From assembly GCA_964430095.1 (NCBI GenBank), contig CAYSGP010000216.1, positions 1 to 28,022 of the forward strand: a stretch of DNA of 28,022 nt, given 5' to 3'. This document shows, piece after piece, positions 26,812 through 28,022 of this stretch. The DNA comes from an uncultured Ignavibacteriaceae bacterium. GTDB taxonomy: Bacteria > Bacteroidota > Ignavibacteria > Ignavibacteriales > Ignavibacteriaceae. Positions within the stretch are counted from its first letter, which is position 1. Every line of letters starts with the position of its first letter. A program made the position numbers and the translations under genes. The notes beneath the pieces were generated by a model, which did no database searches, was not told the origin of the DNA, and was given only the letters and a program-made list of their open reading frames with translations.

Positions 26812-28022
26812 TTATTCATCAGTCGTACCGGACAATACTTCTTCAATAGAGGTTAAACCGAGTTTGACCTTTTCTAATCCTGATTCTCTTAAGTTTAGTG
26901 TCCCATCCTTTTTTGCCTGTATTCTTATCTTTTCTTCATCAACTTCTACTCCGGAACGGACAATTAATTGCCTTATTTCTTTTGTAAAATACAAAGATTC
27001 ATGAATAGCCATGCGTCCTTTATAACCGGACCCGCTGCACTTATCACATCCATGCGCTTTATATATTGTAACATTTCTCCATTGGTTCATATCCATTCCC
27101 GCTGCTGTCATCAATCCTTCATCCATTTCAGTTACTTTTCTTTTACATTCGCAAAGTCTTCGAATGAGCCTTTGTGCTACAATTATATTGATTGCATAAG
27201 CAATTAAAAATGGTTCAATACCCATTTTGTAAAGTCTTGCTACCGCACTGGGTGCATCATTAGTATGAAGTGTGGAAAATGTTAAGTGGCCTGTATTGGC
27301 AAGCTTAATAGCAACTTCCGCCGTTTCTTTATCTCTCATTTCACCTACTAGGACTATATCAGGATCGTGACGAAGGATGGATCTGATGGCCTGCTCGAAA
27401 TTCATCTTATGTCCTATCTTTAACTGCCTGGCGCCTTCTATTACATATTCAACCGGATCTTCAACCGTAAGTACATTTACTGTCGGGTCAATTACCTGAT
27501 GAAGAGCTGCAACAAGAGTCGTACTTTTTCCGGAACCAGTTGGCCCGGTAAGGATAACCATGCCCTGAGGCTGAGAGATAGCTTTTTGGAATGCCTGTTT
27601 AGCATAACCCGTTAAACCTAGTTTATCCAGATCTTTTACAACTTTTCTGTCATCCAGAATTCTTATCACAACACTTTCAAATTTATTTTTTAACTCTGTT
27701 CCAACCATCGGCAAAACAGATACTCTGAATCGTATTAAATAGCCATCAATTTCACGCTGTATAAAACCATCTTGAGCTCTCTCACGTTCAAACCTATCCA
27801 TACCTTTAGATCTATCCTTAACTACTGCTATTACAGCTTCAGGCAAAGTATTATCCTGAACGTGCCAAGGCTGGAGATTACCATCAATTCTTATAAGAAT
27901 TTCTGTCTTATTCCCAGATTTCGGGATGAAATGAATATCGCTGGCTCCTTTTCTTACTCCATCAACAAGTGCACCTTCAACTAGATTAATTAATGCGCTT
28001 TTATTGATTTCAGATTCTAGTT
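26812..28022 (-). CDS. pilB: Type IV pilus assembly ATPase PilB/GspE (5' end outside the window)
   Basis: The frame stays open to the window edge (...GASDIHFIP...IRIDG...); QDG; FRVSVLP; ESVVIRILD; Walker A GPTGSGKST; TVEDPVE; LRHDPDIVLVGEMRD; TGHLTFSTLH; GYKGR. The track's start at 27846 is internal. Confidence 0.93.
   Translation of the reverse strand, partial: LESEINKSALINLVEGALVDGVRKGASDIHFIPKSGNKTEILIRIDGNLQPWHVQDNTLPEAVIAVVKDRSKGMDRFERERAQDGFIQREIDGYLIRFRVSVLPMVGTELKNKFESVVIRILDDRKVVKDLDKLGLTGYAKQAFQKAISQPQGMVILTGPTGSGKSTTLVAALHQVIDPTVNVLTVEDPVEYVIEGARQLKIGHKMNFEQAIRSILRHDPDIVLVGEMRDKETAEVAIKLANTGHLTFSTLHTNDAPSAVARLYKMGIEPFLIAYAINIIVAQRLIRRLCECKRKVTEMDEGLMTAAGMDMNQWRNVTIYKAHGCDKCSGSGYKGRMAIHESLYFTKEIRQLIVRSGVEVDEEKIRIQAKKDGTLNLRESGLEKVKLGLTSIEEVLSGTTDE

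Noticed and set aside
1660-27984. The other short ORFs in the six-frame track that overlap the called genes (e.g. 1660-1980, 3602-3871, 12104-12430, 15414-15842, 23754-24095)
   Set aside because: Antisense or out-of-frame shadows of well-supported genes, with no motifs.
1-28022. CRISPR arrays, IS elements, toxin-antitoxin or defence genes, phase-variable repeats
   Set aside because: None seen; homopolymer runs of 8 or so A/T are expected at this base composition.

Overview
AT-rich bacterial chromosomal window with no mobile element or CRISPR array. The host is most likely Ignavibacteriota or a related FCB lineage, inferred from the T9SS C-terminal domain of the 'FQLFQNYPNPFNPSTTI' type, the Bacteroidota-style OmpA and the gene repertoire. 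The left third holds housekeeping and envelope genes: CBS protein (partial), Yip1, lysine/saccharopine dehydrogenase, OmpA, a GT2-MsbA-O-antigen ligase-GlmU-like operon, a T9SS-targeted cupredoxin, a Cys-motif membrane protein and tRNA-Lys(UUU). The right two-thirds form one linked locus. On the minus strand is a type IV pilus cluster (pilB partial, three atypical minor pilins, pilT, pilM-N fusion, pilO with a PilP-like tail, short secretin pilQ). It runs directly into three signalling genes (single REC, HAMP-GAF-HK-3xREC, REC-HisKA) and converges on a plus-strand sigma54 activator plus hybrid kinase pair. Best candidate for an undescribed system: a streamlined T4P machine (MN and OP fusions, secretin apparently lacking N3, pilins without Glu+5). 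A candidate sigma54 -24/-12 promoter sits in front of pilT, and a 7-receiver phosphorelay is encoded in and beside the same operon. All domain calls come from manual motif reading; no searches were run.
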